From positions 1-64,000 of IMG/VR virus record IMGVR_UViG_3300042923_000601: a stretch of DNA of 64,000 bases; one strand, given 5' to 3'. The stretch's first letter is position 1. The number at the start of each line of letters is the position of its first letter. The notes under the pieces are model-generated. The model did no database searches. It had not been told where the DNA came from and saw only the letters and a list, made by a program, of their open reading frames with translations. Made by a program: the position numbers and the translations under genes. Below are positions 18,530 through 27,951 of the stretch, piece after piece.

Positions 18530-19144
18530 TCACCCTCCTTGTTTAGACATGCTCAACTCCAGTGATTCAAAATAGCCAATCAATCCGTCATGATGCTCTA
18601 AATATAGTACCATAGACCGGTGGAGGTCTAGCCACCGAGTATCATACCGGCTAATCTTTGGTTGAACCTCAACCTCAAGACCGTATTTACCCAGATATTC
18701 ATCGGCATAGGCTTGCAATTGATGCAGCAGTGCCAAATAGTTCTCAACGGGCTTCTGCATGAACTCAATACATTCCTCAACCATCGGTTTTGTAGCCCGA
18801 AGAATTTCAAGGATAGCGTCGACTTCAAATGGCTCAATGCTGATAAGCTGCCTTGCCGTCAATGAACCGGCAACCTTTGGCTTGTTCGGATAGGTGTATA
18901 TCTGATATGGCCCAAGCTCCATAGCCTTTTCAATGGATTTCAGGTAATAGGTAATCGATGAAATCTTCGTGATCACGTCAATCTCAGATACCTGACTACC
19001 TTCAACAAATTCACTGACTTGCTTGAGTAATGGCAGAAGGTCGTTACCTGTTATATACCTGCCAATATTGCAAAATTCAAGGTATGCGTCATACAGGTGT
19101 TTAGGCATAGGATCATGCTTCATATGTTTATTCTCCTCCCCCAA
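18530..19144 (-). CDS. Hypothetical protein
   Basis: 204 aa; start may be slightly downstream of the TTG given. Confidence 0.65.
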   Translation of the reverse strand: MGEENKHMKHDPMPKHLYDAYLEFCNIGRYITGNDLLPLLKQVSEFVEGSQVSEIDVITKISSITYYLKSIEKAMELGPYQIYTYPNKPKVAGSLTARQLISIEPFEVDAILEILRATKPMVEECIEFMQKPVENYLALLHQLQAYADEYLGKYGLEVEVQPKISRYDTRWLDLHRSMVLYLEHHDGLIGYFESLELSMSKQGG

Positions 19145-19706
19145 GTGTTACTGGTGTCATCCATCTAAACTCAACATGACTTTCCACAGGCTGGAGAGCC
19201 GCGTTATACAGGCGAACCCACTGCGTGTCTTCCTTCCGAGGTTTCACCTTGAGCTTGGACTCAACACCATATTTCTTGAGTGACATCTTAATACGCTGCT
19301 TCACTATCCGAATATCATCTTCCATTCGTTCCGCTGTTGGGCGGAGTGTATTGACGAGGATAGTGGCAATAGAATGAAGCGTGTTTGAGGTATCACGGAG
19401 ACCGATAAGGTTACCTTCTTCTACCTCGACGCTATAATACGTTATGCCCATCTCATCAACGCACGGCTTCATCTTTTTGAAGGCATCTTTAAGGATGGAT
19501 TTCATCAATGCCGGAGATGCATCGCCTTCTTTTGGATTCTCATAGTTGCGGATTATGGTGTGGATAATGTGGTTAGCACCCGGTGTTATTTCAGTCGGGA
19601 TACGCTGAGAAAAATCATGCCGACTAACCTCTTTGGTTAGTACGGTATGAAACGCATTTAAGGCTTCGATATAGTCGTGTTCTCTTTCAGTTAGGCGTAG
19701 TTCCAT
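19128..19706 (-). CDS. Hypothetical protein
   Basis: 192 aa with GGAG RBS and promoter motif upstream. Confidence 0.7.
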   Translation of the reverse strand: MELRLTEREHDYIEALNAFHTVLTKEVSRHDFSQRIPTEITPGANHIIHTIIRNYENPKEGDASPALMKSILKDAFKKMKPCVDEMGITYYSVEVEEGNLIGLRDTSNTLHSIATILVNTLRPTAERMEDDIRIVKQRIKMSLKKYGVESKLKVKPRKEDTQWVRLYNAALQPVESHVEFRWMTPVTLGGGE

Positions 19707-19751
19707 ACGTATTAAACAACTCCATTCAGTTAGGGTTTGTGTGTACTTAGG

Positions 19752-19761
19752 TATGATATAT
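19752..19761 (-). promoter_or_regulatory. Putative early promoter
   Basis: ATATATCATA 46 nt before the 19706 start. Confidence 0.55.
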
Positions 19762-19793
19762 AATCAAATACCTAGTTATTATACCAATGCGGA

Positions 19794-19976
19794 TCAGTGC
19801 ATCCGATTGATGACCTGGTTGGCATATGCAACCATGACATCCGAATACATTCCTTTGATCTGCTTGTCTGTCATGGATTCGTACCAACTTAGAGGATACT
19901 TATTGTCATGGTAATCCATCAAGTTGGTGATTCGAATTTGAATATCCATATCACGATCTCTGTAACTAGTAGACAT
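19794..19976 (-). CDS. Hypothetical protein
   Basis: 60 aa with AAGGAGAGGA RBS. Confidence 0.6.
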   Translation of the reverse strand: MSTSYRDRDMDIQIRITNLMDYHDNKYPLSWYESMTDKQIKGMYSDVMVAYANQVINRMH

Positions 19977-20002
19977 TAAGTATCCTCTCCTTTAAGTTGG
20001 GT

Positions 20003-22726
20003 TTAATATACTTTGATATAATCTTTCCCTGACGATTCCTTCAGGGTGTGACCCGGGAATAGAATGTAGCATACATCATACGGCTCATAATATTCTCTGG
20101 AGTGTGTAATAAAGAAGACCTGATTGATACCAATACGCTTCATTTGCTTCATTAAGATTGTACAGAAGAGTGCTTTGTTTTGCTCACTGAAGCCTGCATC
20201 GACTTCATCATAATTCAGGATACCATAGTTCGCCATGATTGGCTCCATGACAGCCATAGAGAGACAAGTAGAGATAAATGCTCGTTCAGAGGATGATGCA
20301 ATGGAAATGTCGGCACCCTTATCCCCGTTGTGTTGATATGGAATAGTAAATTCCTTATCGGTGATGTTGAATGTGTCGAGATAGAGTGAGCCATCGAAGG
20401 TTTCGCTGAGGAGGAGATTCGCGGAGCGGCGAATGTCTTCCACATACATATTCAGGATGCTAACCGGCATCCCTTTTGTAGTGGACATCGCCTTTTGTAT
20501 AAGTTCTAATATCCGCATGTTGTCCTCAAGCGTTTTCTTCTCTTTTTTATATTCAGCGATCTTCTGCTCTTGATACTTGTAACTATCGCGTTCAGCCGTC
20601 AACGGTTTCAGTCTGGCATCAACGGATTTGAGCTTTTGCTCACGCTCATAAATCTCATCCTTCAGCTCGCTGATTCGCTGACTAGCATCTTTAACCTTGT
20701 CAAAGTCATGAGACAAGGCAATGATTTCTTCCTTATTCTTATCCATCTCTTCCATCCGGTCTCGCATGTCCACCAGCATTTCTTCTTTATCTGCCAGATC
20801 GGAAATACGAGATTCAGTCTCAGCTTCTTCTCCTGACTCCGCTTGAATCCGGACAACTTCCTCATGATGCTTCAGTTTCATCCGCCCTAACTCATTGCGA
20901 AGTGATTGCACCAGATTATCGTTGTCAACCAGACTCTGGAGTTCTCTTTGGAGCAATGGGAGTTTGACGTTACGAACTTCGTCGATCTCCTCTTTGTCCT
21001 GCAGGATTTCAATCATATCATAGAAGTGATCATCGACACCTTTAAGCCGGTCTTCGAGCATCAGCGTCCGAAGTAGTCGATCTTCATTACTGTATTTCTC
21101 ATTGAACGGAAGCCTAGAGAGTAGAGTTAAGTTACTGCGGTAGAAGGTCAGCATGGATTCAACCTTTACCTTCAGTTTCTGTACTGTCGCAATCTCTTCC
21201 ATCTCACGGTGAAGCTTTTTGTATGATGCATTCAGGTCTGCCATCTGAGCATGGAATTCATTGATCTTCTCCTCGATGATGACCCACTTATGATAGTCCT
21301 GTAGGAAAGCACAATCGTCAATCACACAGTCTGCAGGACGTTTATCCAGTGTATCTTTCAAATGCTCATAGCCATTTAACTTGGCAATGTTAAGATCAAG
21401 TTCCGAAATCTTCTTATCAATCTCTTCAAGTGCAGCCTCTGTATCCCGGTAACGAGATTCAAAGTTAACACTGAACGCCGACTGACATGCTTCCTTGATA
21501 TCATCTTCGGTTTCAGAATGGACGATTACATCTTCCATGAATGTCCGAAGGTGGGATAAAACATCGAGACCCCGAACCAGATCGTCCGCAGACACCTTGG
21601 CCTTCAGGTCCTTAGACCGAGAATCGTAACTGTCAAGCTTATCTTGATAGTCTTTCAACAGCTCAACCAGATCATCTTTCGATCGGTCACCAGCCAACTG
21701 CCGAATCAGACTTTCCTTTTCCTCAATGGAGTCATAAATGGTATTCCGGAGATTCTTATGCGACTGTATTGAGGATCGCAGACCGATTAGCTTTTCCTTA
21801 AGGATAGCTTTCTCTGACCCTACAGCAAGAATAAGCTTCTCCAGATCAACCATTGAAGGGATTTCAAGCCCTCTCTCATATAGTACTCGATCGACTTTTG
21901 CTTTGAGCTTATCCTGTCTCGTATTCAGTTCACCAAGCGTATTGCGAATCATTTTGTATCTGTCAGATAGTTCACCTTCAGGGTCAATGGTCTTTAGTTC
22001 TGCTTTATGCTGATTGAGCTTTCCAATGTGCTTATCTCTCTTTTCAACCAACTCATTGGTGTCACGCTCAATAGCCCGGAGTCGCTCTGCAACCGTTACT
22101 TCATCTTCCATACGACCGAGCTTATCAATAATCGACGACAGGTAAGCTTTAACTGTAGAATACTTACGAGTAATCGTCTTACGGAAGGCAACAGGGTCGT
22201 CTGCTTTTGGAATGAAGTTATAGATATGATCTTTGCGGCTGGCACCTGTCATTTGAACCAGTGATACCATCTGGTCATTCTGAGCGGCGAGCTTCATGAA
22301 GTCCTCAGTGATGCCAAATAACTTCTCAATGGCTTCCTTGAAAGAGGAGACCAAGCTATTAGGATTGAGGTCAATTGTCTCGCCGTAGTATTCTTTGAAC
22401 AAGAAGCTCTTGGTTGAGTGGCTCGTCTTAGTCGGTATGTACACATGACGAACCCGAATCACTTCATTCGGGTCATCTTGGTTTTCATAGACCAGTTCCT
22501 TGTACCCTTCCTTCCCTTCACGAACAAACTTACTCCGACCATCTGTCGTACCATCAAACGGATGAATCAATGACAGGGCGGTTGATTTCCCTTTAGCATT
22601 TGTACCCAAAAAAATGAATACAGATTTGTCCCGATGCGGTCTGAGATCAAGCTCAAAGTGCTTTCTACCAAGACCGTTATATATTCCGATGATATTCTCA
22701 CATTCAAAATGGATTAAGCGATACAT
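20003..22726 (-). CDS. sbcC: SbcC/Rad50-like SMC-family ATPase
   Basis: Walker A GTNAKGKST, long coiled coil with central CxxxxC (CVIDDC), signature ASSSE, Walker B LNYDEVD, ITHS. Confidence 0.9.
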   Translation of the reverse strand: MYRLIHFECENIIGIYNGLGRKHFELDLRPHRDKSVFIFLGTNAKGKSTALSLIHPFDGTTDGRSKFVREGKEGYKELVYENQDDPNEVIRVRHVYIPTKTSHSTKSFLFKEYYGETIDLNPNSLVSSFKEAIEKLFGITEDFMKLAAQNDQMVSLVQMTGASRKDHIYNFIPKADDPVAFRKTITRKYSTVKAYLSSIIDKLGRMEDEVTVAERLRAIERDTNELVEKRDKHIGKLNQHKAELKTIDPEGELSDRYKMIRNTLGELNTRQDKLKAKVDRVLYERGLEIPSMVDLEKLILAVGSEKAILKEKLIGLRSSIQSHKNLRNTIYDSIEEKESLIRQLAGDRSKDDLVELLKDYQDKLDSYDSRSKDLKAKVSADDLVRGLDVLSHLRTFMEDVIVHSETEDDIKEACQSAFSVNFESRYRDTEAALEEIDKKISELDLNIAKLNGYEHLKDTLDKRPADCVIDDCAFLQDYHKWVIIEEKINEFHAQMADLNASYKKLHREMEEIATVQKLKVKVESMLTFYRSNLTLLSRLPFNEKYSNEDRLLRTLMLEDRLKGVDDHFYDMIEILQDKEEIDEVRNVKLPLLQRELQSLVDNDNLVQSLRNELGRMKLKHHEEVVRIQAESGEEAETESRISDLADKEEMLVDMRDRMEEMDKNKEEIIALSHDFDKVKDASQRISELKDEIYEREQKLKSVDARLKPLTAERDSYKYQEQKIAEYKKEKKTLEDNMRILELIQKAMSTTKGMPVSILNMYVEDIRRSANLLLSETFDGSLYLDTFNITDKEFTIPYQHNGDKGADISIASSSERAFISTCLSMAVMEPIMANYGILNYDEVDAGFSEQNKALFCTILMKQMKRIGINQVFFITHSREYYEPYDVCYILFPGHTLKESSGKDYIKVY

Positions 22727-22798
22727 AAGTTATCCTCCTACGACAAAGTTGATTTAATACTAAGTTTAGTTGCCAATTAAAAGCAAAAAAATTAAGAT

Positions 22799-22827
22799 AA
22801 AATAAGACCTCCCGAAGGAGGTCTTAT
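22799..22827 (-). terminator. Intrinsic terminator, copy 1 of a 29-bp repeat
   Basis: AAAATAAGACCTCCCGAAGGAGGTCTTAT; C-TTCG-G loop on the minus strand. Confidence 0.8.
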
Positions 22828-22834
22828 TTATAGT

Positions 22835-23482
22835 TTATGCGGGAAGCACTGCCTTGAATTCATCAGACGGGTAGAACCGAATATCGGTCATAGTGCTACC
22901 GTATGGGCCGTCAGTTGAGACTAGCTTATACTCACCTTCACCGGGGACGATAATCGATCTGTTTGCAACCAACCCCCGTAAGATAACAATGTCATGGCTT
23001 TGGAGCATAGTGGATGCAATAAAGTGATCGATGCATATCCCTCTCTCGATCTCGTCATGCCATTTATACAGGGAATCGACAGTGGCATACAATCCCGCAT
23101 TCATCACATGATGAGTAAGTAGCGTTGTGGGCGGATACAACCTATCCATATCAAAGTCATGAGCCAGCCAGTACTCGAAATCGTCCTCAGGGTCAAAACG
23201 ATACGGGCATTCAACCCGAATAAAGTCCTGATCCTCCCTCGGAAATGCATAATGGAACAGCCCGGATGAATAGGCGGTGATATAGCCGTCCGGCATAAAT
23301 TTTGTATCGCTGAAGAACCGATGGGTTACAGCAAGCCCGCGTGAGATCATTGTTCTGAGGGAGGTTGCAAGGTCCATCCCGACACTACTGTGGACATATT
23401 CTTCACCCTCCTTCATTTCTACACCGAAATTCGGTGCCAATAACACCATCAGATTCATATCAAACTCATTTACATTTTCCAT
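22835..23482 (-). CDS. Hypothetical protein, paralog family A (FYPSDEFK end)
   Basis: C-terminus IVPGEGEYKLV...DIRFYPSDEFK shared with two nearby genes. Confidence 0.75.
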   Translation of the reverse strand: MENVNEFDMNLMVLLAPNFGVEMKEGEEYVHSSVGMDLATSLRTMISRGLAVTHRFFSDTKFMPDGYITAYSSGLFHYAFPREDQDFIRVECPYRFDPEDDFEYWLAHDFDMDRLYPPTTLLTHHVMNAGLYATVDSLYKWHDEIERGICIDHFIASTMLQSHDIVILRGLVANRSIIVPGEGEYKLVSTDGPYGSTMTDIRFYPSDEFKAVLPA

Positions 23483-23527
23483 TACACGTCATCTCCAATA
23501 CCAATATAGTTTGTGGTCTTGCAAGTA

Positions 23528-23561
23528 TATAATATATACTCCAGTATCTGGTTTTATACGG
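23528..23561 (-). promoter_or_regulatory. Bipartite early promoter
   Basis: CCGTAT-N18-ATATATTATA, 46 nt before the 23482 start. Confidence 0.65.
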
Positions 23562-23566
23562 TATGA

Positions 23567-23595
23567 AAAATAAGACCTCCCGAAGGAGGTCTTAT
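23567..23595 (-). terminator. Intrinsic terminator, copy 2 of a 29-bp repeat
   Basis: Identical to 22799-22827. Confidence 0.8.
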
Positions 23596-23596
23596 G

Positions 23597-23839
23597 CTAA
23601 TCATAGTACGGATGATCCGGATGTAGCTCGTTATAATATTCATTTCTCGCTTGGAACCGCCAGCCGCAGTTACATCGTATGGCAATGTAGAGCATTTGGT
23701 TATGCTCGCCGCAACACCGGGCACCACAGTTAGGACAATCTCTCCAAAGTAATGGCGATATCCTTTTCTTTGGTGCATCATCGACCGGTTCTTCAGGTCT
23801 TTCTTCAGGTCTAAGCGCCCTCAACAATTTGCGTATCAT
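23597..23839 (-). CDS. Small zinc-ribbon-like protein
   Basis: Start revised to ATG 23839 (AGGAGGG RBS); CPNC...CNC. Confidence 0.6.
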   Translation of the reverse strand: MIRKLLRALRPEERPEEPVDDAPKKRISPLLWRDCPNCGARCCGEHNQMLYIAIRCNCGWRFQARNEYYNELHPDHPYYD

Positions 23840-23972
23840 AATATTATTTTCCCTCCTGTCAGTCGTCCATCTCAGAATTATCAAGGGTGCTATTATCCAC
23901 GTTAACGGCAACGATGATACCTGTCAATAGTATTAAATCGAGTATAATGTTGATTACCGTGTCGCCCATCGG

Positions 23973-24554
23973 TTACCACCGATTACGACGTTGGCGTTTA
24001 GCCTCGGCTCTACGTTGCGCACGGTTTACAATTGGAAGGTCCTTCATGACACTTTCTTTGATATGAAGCATCCGGTCCAGATCATCTTGTATTCGCACCG
24101 ACCCATCTTCCTGAGATGGCCGACTAGCTAGTTGCATAAGCGCCTGTCTCATTCCAAGCATATCTGCACCTGGCCCAGCGACCACAACTCTCGTCCCGGT
24201 AACTGTTACTGACGTATCATCGTTCTCATATAAAGAACCCAGTCGTTCCATGGTATCCTCAACGCTGTTTTCAAGACCAACTACGATAACTTTTCCATCC
24301 TCCAGACGGATAAACGGACTACCTGCGCCTTGCATAAGACCCACTTGTTCATTACTGAACTGATACAGTTCATCAAGAGCATTCTGCATAGTAGGATTAG
24401 CAGCCGCGCAATTCTCAAGTTCTTGTAGTGAATCTATTACTATTGATTTTCCAGATGACGGGTGTTCGACTTCACCGTAGAATTTAGGAATCTCAACTGC
24501 TTTACGTTGTCCCTTGGGTAAAAAGTACCCAACGATCGTTTCACTCTCTTTCAT
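23973..24554 (-). CDS. Hypothetical protein
   Basis: 193 aa with TAGGAGGT RBS; basic NRAQRR tail. Confidence 0.7.
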   Translation of the reverse strand: MKESETIVGYFLPKGQRKAVEIPKFYGEVEHPSSGKSIVIDSLQELENCAAANPTMQNALDELYQFSNEQVGLMQGAGSPFIRLEDGKVIVVGLENSVEDTMERLGSLYENDDTSVTVTGTRVVVAGPGADMLGMRQALMQLASRPSQEDGSVRIQDDLDRMLHIKESVMKDLPIVNRAQRRAEAKRQRRNRW

Positions 24555-24582
24555 TGTAACAACCTCCTATATAATATATGAA

Positions 24583-25188
24583 TTACAATCCGGCAAGTTT
24601 CTTGAACTCATCAGATGGATAAAAGTGTACCTGGTAAGTCTCGTCCTCAGTTAAAATATCTTCAACCTTAACTATGCGGTATTCACCTTCATTAGGCACC
24701 TCAATAGTCATGATTTCTTCATCCGAAATGGCCTCATAAATACCAGTGACAATTGCTTCATCATGGATAAATGCCAAATACGCGGCTCTCTCCGGCGTGA
24801 TTTCAAAATCGATCGCTGCCATTCGAATCGCACCGGTGTACATATTGTCAATATACTCATCCGGGTTTCCATATTCGTATATCAGTTCATTAAGTAAATG
24901 CTCATCATCCACATCAAGCAGATCATGCCGAACGGTAACGACCAAATGATCAGCGCTGGTTGGTAGATGATACTCCAGTAGAGGCGTTTTGAATGTTACT
25001 TTATGGCTACCGGCTGGGATCATGATCTTATTATAGCCACCGAACGTCACTGCAAGCCCCTTTGACGTTGCCTTTTGTAACGTCCCATAGACTTCTAACG
25101 GAGGGTGGTTACCAAGAAGTGTGTCCATGATGAACAGATTTGCCATTCTCGACATAAACGTTTCCGTGTACCACGGGGGTGTTGTCAT
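24583..25188 (-). CDS. Hypothetical protein, paralog family A
   Basis: Start revised to ATG 25188 (AAGGAG RBS); ends EVPNEGEYRIV...HFYPSDEFK. Confidence 0.75.
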   Translation of the reverse strand: MTTPPWYTETFMSRMANLFIMDTLLGNHPPLEVYGTLQKATSKGLAVTFGGYNKIMIPAGSHKVTFKTPLLEYHLPTSADHLVVTVRHDLLDVDDEHLLNELIYEYGNPDEYIDNMYTGAIRMAAIDFEITPERAAYLAFIHDEAIVTGIYEAISDEEIMTIEVPNEGEYRIVKVEDILTEDETYQVHFYPSDEFKKLAGL

Positions 25189-25264
25189 TTCAGGATTCTC
25201 CTTTTTAGTCAAGTAGTTCGGGCTAAAAATCAGTTTAAGCATCATATACCTCCAACTGGCTGAC

Positions 25265-25960
25265 CTATTTAAAGTCAGCCATATTCTTAAACTCATCGGA
25301 TGGGTAAAACCGAATGTCGTATTCAATATCATCCAGAGTAGAATCAAAGCCCGGCATAACTTGATATTCACCTTCATCTGGTACAGAGATTACTTTCTTG
25401 AAATCAGATGAATTTATGATCTCTGCAATCCGGTTGACGAGTATAACGTCATGTATGATCGCGAGAACCGATAGGTTCTCCGGAGTAGCATATACACCCG
25501 GGACTGATAAGCCAATAGCAGTTAGGTATAAACTGTCCGTATAATCTTCCGGTTCACAATACATCTCCAGCATCTCATTGAGCGTATCCATGTTATACCG
25601 GTATTCAAGAACATCCGATATCACTTTAACGGTCATATATTCCGTTCCGGCTGAAGGCATTTTGTATTCGAAATGCGGAGTTGCAAACACAAACGCCTGT
25701 TTATCAACGTCCTCATTCCCTACTTTCTTACAGATACGATCTACTAGTTGCTGGTGTTGACCGATCGCGGTCGCAAGGCCGGTTGTCACGGCAGACTGTA
25801 ATTTAGAGCATAGTGCCACCCGCCCCTTATCATCGGGCGGCGGGCTGTCCAGTATACTCCAAAGACTATCTGTGAATCGCATAGTGTAATCAGAATTCAT
25901 CATCTCCTTATTTTTCTTTTTACCAGATTTGTATTTTGGGTTAATAATCAATCTAAACAT
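25265..25960 (-). CDS. Hypothetical protein, paralog family A
   Basis: GGAGGTG RBS; ends SVPDEGEYQVM...DIRFYPSDEFK. Confidence 0.75.
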   Translation of the reverse strand: MFRLIINPKYKSGKKKNKEMMNSDYTMRFTDSLWSILDSPPPDDKGRVALCSKLQSAVTTGLATAIGQHQQLVDRICKKVGNEDVDKQAFVFATPHFEYKMPSAGTEYMTVKVISDVLEYRYNMDTLNEMLEMYCEPEDYTDSLYLTAIGLSVPGVYATPENLSVLAIIHDVILVNRIAEIINSSDFKKVISVPDEGEYQVMPGFDSTLDDIEYDIRFYPSDEFKNMADFK

Positions 25961-25974
25961 AGAACACCTCCAAG

Positions 25975-26307
25975 TTATTTATTTGTAACTACAGCAGGGA
26001 TATCGAATTTCATGATATCACCAGCGACACATAAACTCATGAGTTCTAAAAACTGACGTGCGAAACGATATTCAGCAGGTGGTAATTGGGTGTCACCCAT
26101 TAAGTATTCAACAACTTTATCCTTCACAGCTGAGAGTACACCACGGGTTAGTACAAGCTGAGCCCCTTTAGTGGTCTCGTGATTAGCAGGTGAGCCTGAT
26201 CCACCATCTATGAATAGATACTGTACCAGTCTATCAAAGTATTCGCTTTTCAAAGCAGATAATGTCTCTACGATTTCCCCATTTCTAATGATAATAAATG
26301 CTTTCAT
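25975..26307 (-). CDS. Hypothetical protein
   Basis: 110 aa with GGGGT RBS and promoter motif upstream. Confidence 0.65.
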   Translation of the reverse strand: MKAFIIIRNGEIVETLSALKSEYFDRLVQYLFIDGGSGSPANHETTKGAQLVLTRGVLSAVKDKVVEYLMGDTQLPPAEYRFARQFLELMSLCVAGDIMKFDIPAVVTNK

Positions 26308-26344
26308 GAACGCTACCCCCGGATCGGTTAGTATGATTCACTAC

Positions 26345-26354
26345 TATAATATAT
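26345..26354 (-). promoter_or_regulatory. Putative early promoter
   Basis: ATATATTATA 38 nt before the 26307 start. Confidence 0.55.
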
Positions 26355-26482
26355 ATTTCCATTTACCTGTATATGCCGTGCAAAAAAAATAATTGCTTTT
26401 TAATAGGTTGTACAGAAAGGCAAAAATAATTGAAGGATCATAGAGAAAGGAGGCGGATTTCCGCCTCCCACTCTGTGTCCTA

Positions 26483-27064
26483 TTATCTTGCGTCTTGTAC
26501 CTCACCTTGGAATTCTTGGGTAGCACCAGCTGCTTCCTCTGAGAATGCGGCGGCTTCGTCACCCAGTTCGAGTCCGGCGGTTTTGATAACAACAGTGTTC
26601 AGTTTCTTAGTAAGTTCAATGAGCGATTCCTTAAGAGGTTCAACCACGCGTTCAACCATAGGTTTAACGGTATGGAACACCGCTTTCAATCCACCAAGCA
26701 TGATCGCAAGTTTGAACTTGTTCTTCTCAGTGAAGTCAACCACAACGTCAACCATTTCATCTGTGATGTCCAGCATCATCATAATGAAGTCTTCACTGTA
26801 TTCCAGAGTGACGAGGACTGCATCGTTCTCGCCATCCTCAACACTTAGGGAGATACTACCAGCCATCGACCCAGGCAGTTCAGCGAAAGCAGCTGTGGTA
26901 GCCTCGACCCATACAAGAACATCTTCCTTTGTAACTTCGCCTTCGAACGCAGGGAAGATTGGAACGTTGATCTCGTCGTCGATGGTTTTGTTGATGGCGG
27001 CGACGATCCGGTTATTCAGTACCACGATGCGATTGATTTCTTTCAGGGATGCTGTCAGTTTCAT
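26483..27064 (-). CDS. Acidic hypothetical protein
   Basis: 193 aa with CGGAGGT RBS, own promoter cassette and downstream terminator. Confidence 0.75.
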   Translation of the reverse strand: MKLTASLKEINRIVVLNNRIVAAINKTIDDEINVPIFPAFEGEVTKEDVLVWVEATTAAFAELPGSMAGSISLSVEDGENDAVLVTLEYSEDFIMMMLDITDEMVDVVVDFTEKNKFKLAIMLGGLKAVFHTVKPMVERVVEPLKESLIELTKKLNTVVIKTAGLELGDEAAAFSEEAAGATQEFQGEVQDAR

Positions 27065-27120
27065 AATTAATTACCTCCGATATAGTGGGTGTATGATATA
27101 GGTTTGTACCTATTCGTGAT

Positions 27121-27154
27121 TATGATATATAGCCGGATATTGAAGAAATTACGG
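27121..27154 (-). promoter_or_regulatory. Bipartite early promoter
   Basis: CCGTAA-N18-ATATATCATA, then ATCACGAAT and a hairpin leader. Confidence 0.7.
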
Positions 27155-27159
27155 AAAGA

Positions 27160-27393
27160 TTAGCGGGCGGATTCAGTACGCATTACCCGCATGATATTTT
27201 GACGCATCGGCCCATTAACTGTACAGGTACCGTTGCATCTTGTGCACTTAGCCTGAGTGTCATAGCCAGGAACCATACGTAAAAGAGTCTCGCCTTTACG
27301 ATTGTAGTGATAGCAGCCTTGATATAGTACAGCATGTTTATACCAGTTACCTAAGCTTTGAATAATGGCTTTCGTTGGTTTTGATCTCTTCAT
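27160..27393 (-). CDS. Small C/H zinc-finger-like protein
   Basis: CYH...G..LL..VPG....AKCTRC; CGGAGGT RBS. Confidence 0.65.
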   Translation of the reverse strand: MKRSKPTKAIIQSLGNWYKHAVLYQGCYHYNRKGETLLRMVPGYDTQAKCTRCNGTCTVNGPMRQNIMRVMRTESAR

Positions 27394-27421
27394 TTTAGTT
27401 ACCTCCGATATAGTATAATTC

Positions 27422-27826
27422 TTAGCGCTTATGTTTATGACGACCCGGGCTGCTATCCATAAGAGACTTTACGTGAGGGAGAACTTCCGTCTCCAAAATT
27501 TCAAGCGCATGGATGATATGCTCAGGAATGTGGCCATACCCTACATGACAGGCCCGAATTTCACTAGATATTGTACGCATCATATTAACGGTATCATCCA
27601 GATGATCTTCAATATGCGCCACATCGATCAGAACTTCAGCGCCACACTTCCCGCATATTGCCATAAGAGGATTACTACCTGCAACTGGTTGCAGAAGACT
27701 CTTCCCTTTCTTTTTAATATGACAACATGGACGAACCCGTTCAGGCGCGCCCTCAATAGTAACAGCTGCATCGTCATATTTCAAGATAATTTCCTTTACA
27801 CCTTTAATATCCAACTTCTTTTCCAT
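27422..27826 (-). CDS. C/H zinc-finger-like protein, paralog of 27160-27393
   Basis: CCH...G..LL..VAG....AICGKC. Confidence 0.7.
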   Translation of the reverse strand: MEKKLDIKGVKEIILKYDDAAVTIEGAPERVRPCCHIKKKGKSLLQPVAGSNPLMAICGKCGAEVLIDVAHIEDHLDDTVNMMRTISSEIRACHVGYGHIPEHIIHALEILETEVLPHVKSLMDSSPGRHKHKR

Positions 27827-27880
27827 TCTAATTACCTCCGTTATAGTAGGATTCTGAATAAGCTTGTGCTTATTCGTGAT

Positions 27881-27914
27881 TATGATATGTAGTCGATTCT
27901 AAAGAAAATTACGG
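27881..27914 (-). promoter_or_regulatory. Bipartite early promoter
   Basis: CCGTAA-N18-ACATATCATA, then ATCACGAAT and a hairpin leader. Confidence 0.7.
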
Positions 27915-27951
27915 AAACGCGCAAGCAAAAAATAGGAGACAATGAGGTCTC

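Noticed and set aside
24570-24579. ATATATTATA next to the 24554 gene
   Set aside because: Only 16 nt from the start, abutting the RBS, and no upstream element; may be chance AT-rich sequence.
16261-27918. Repeated cassettes as CRISPR or IS ends
   Set aside because: They are dispersed, degenerate and gene-proximal, with no regular spacers, cas genes, transposase or target duplications.
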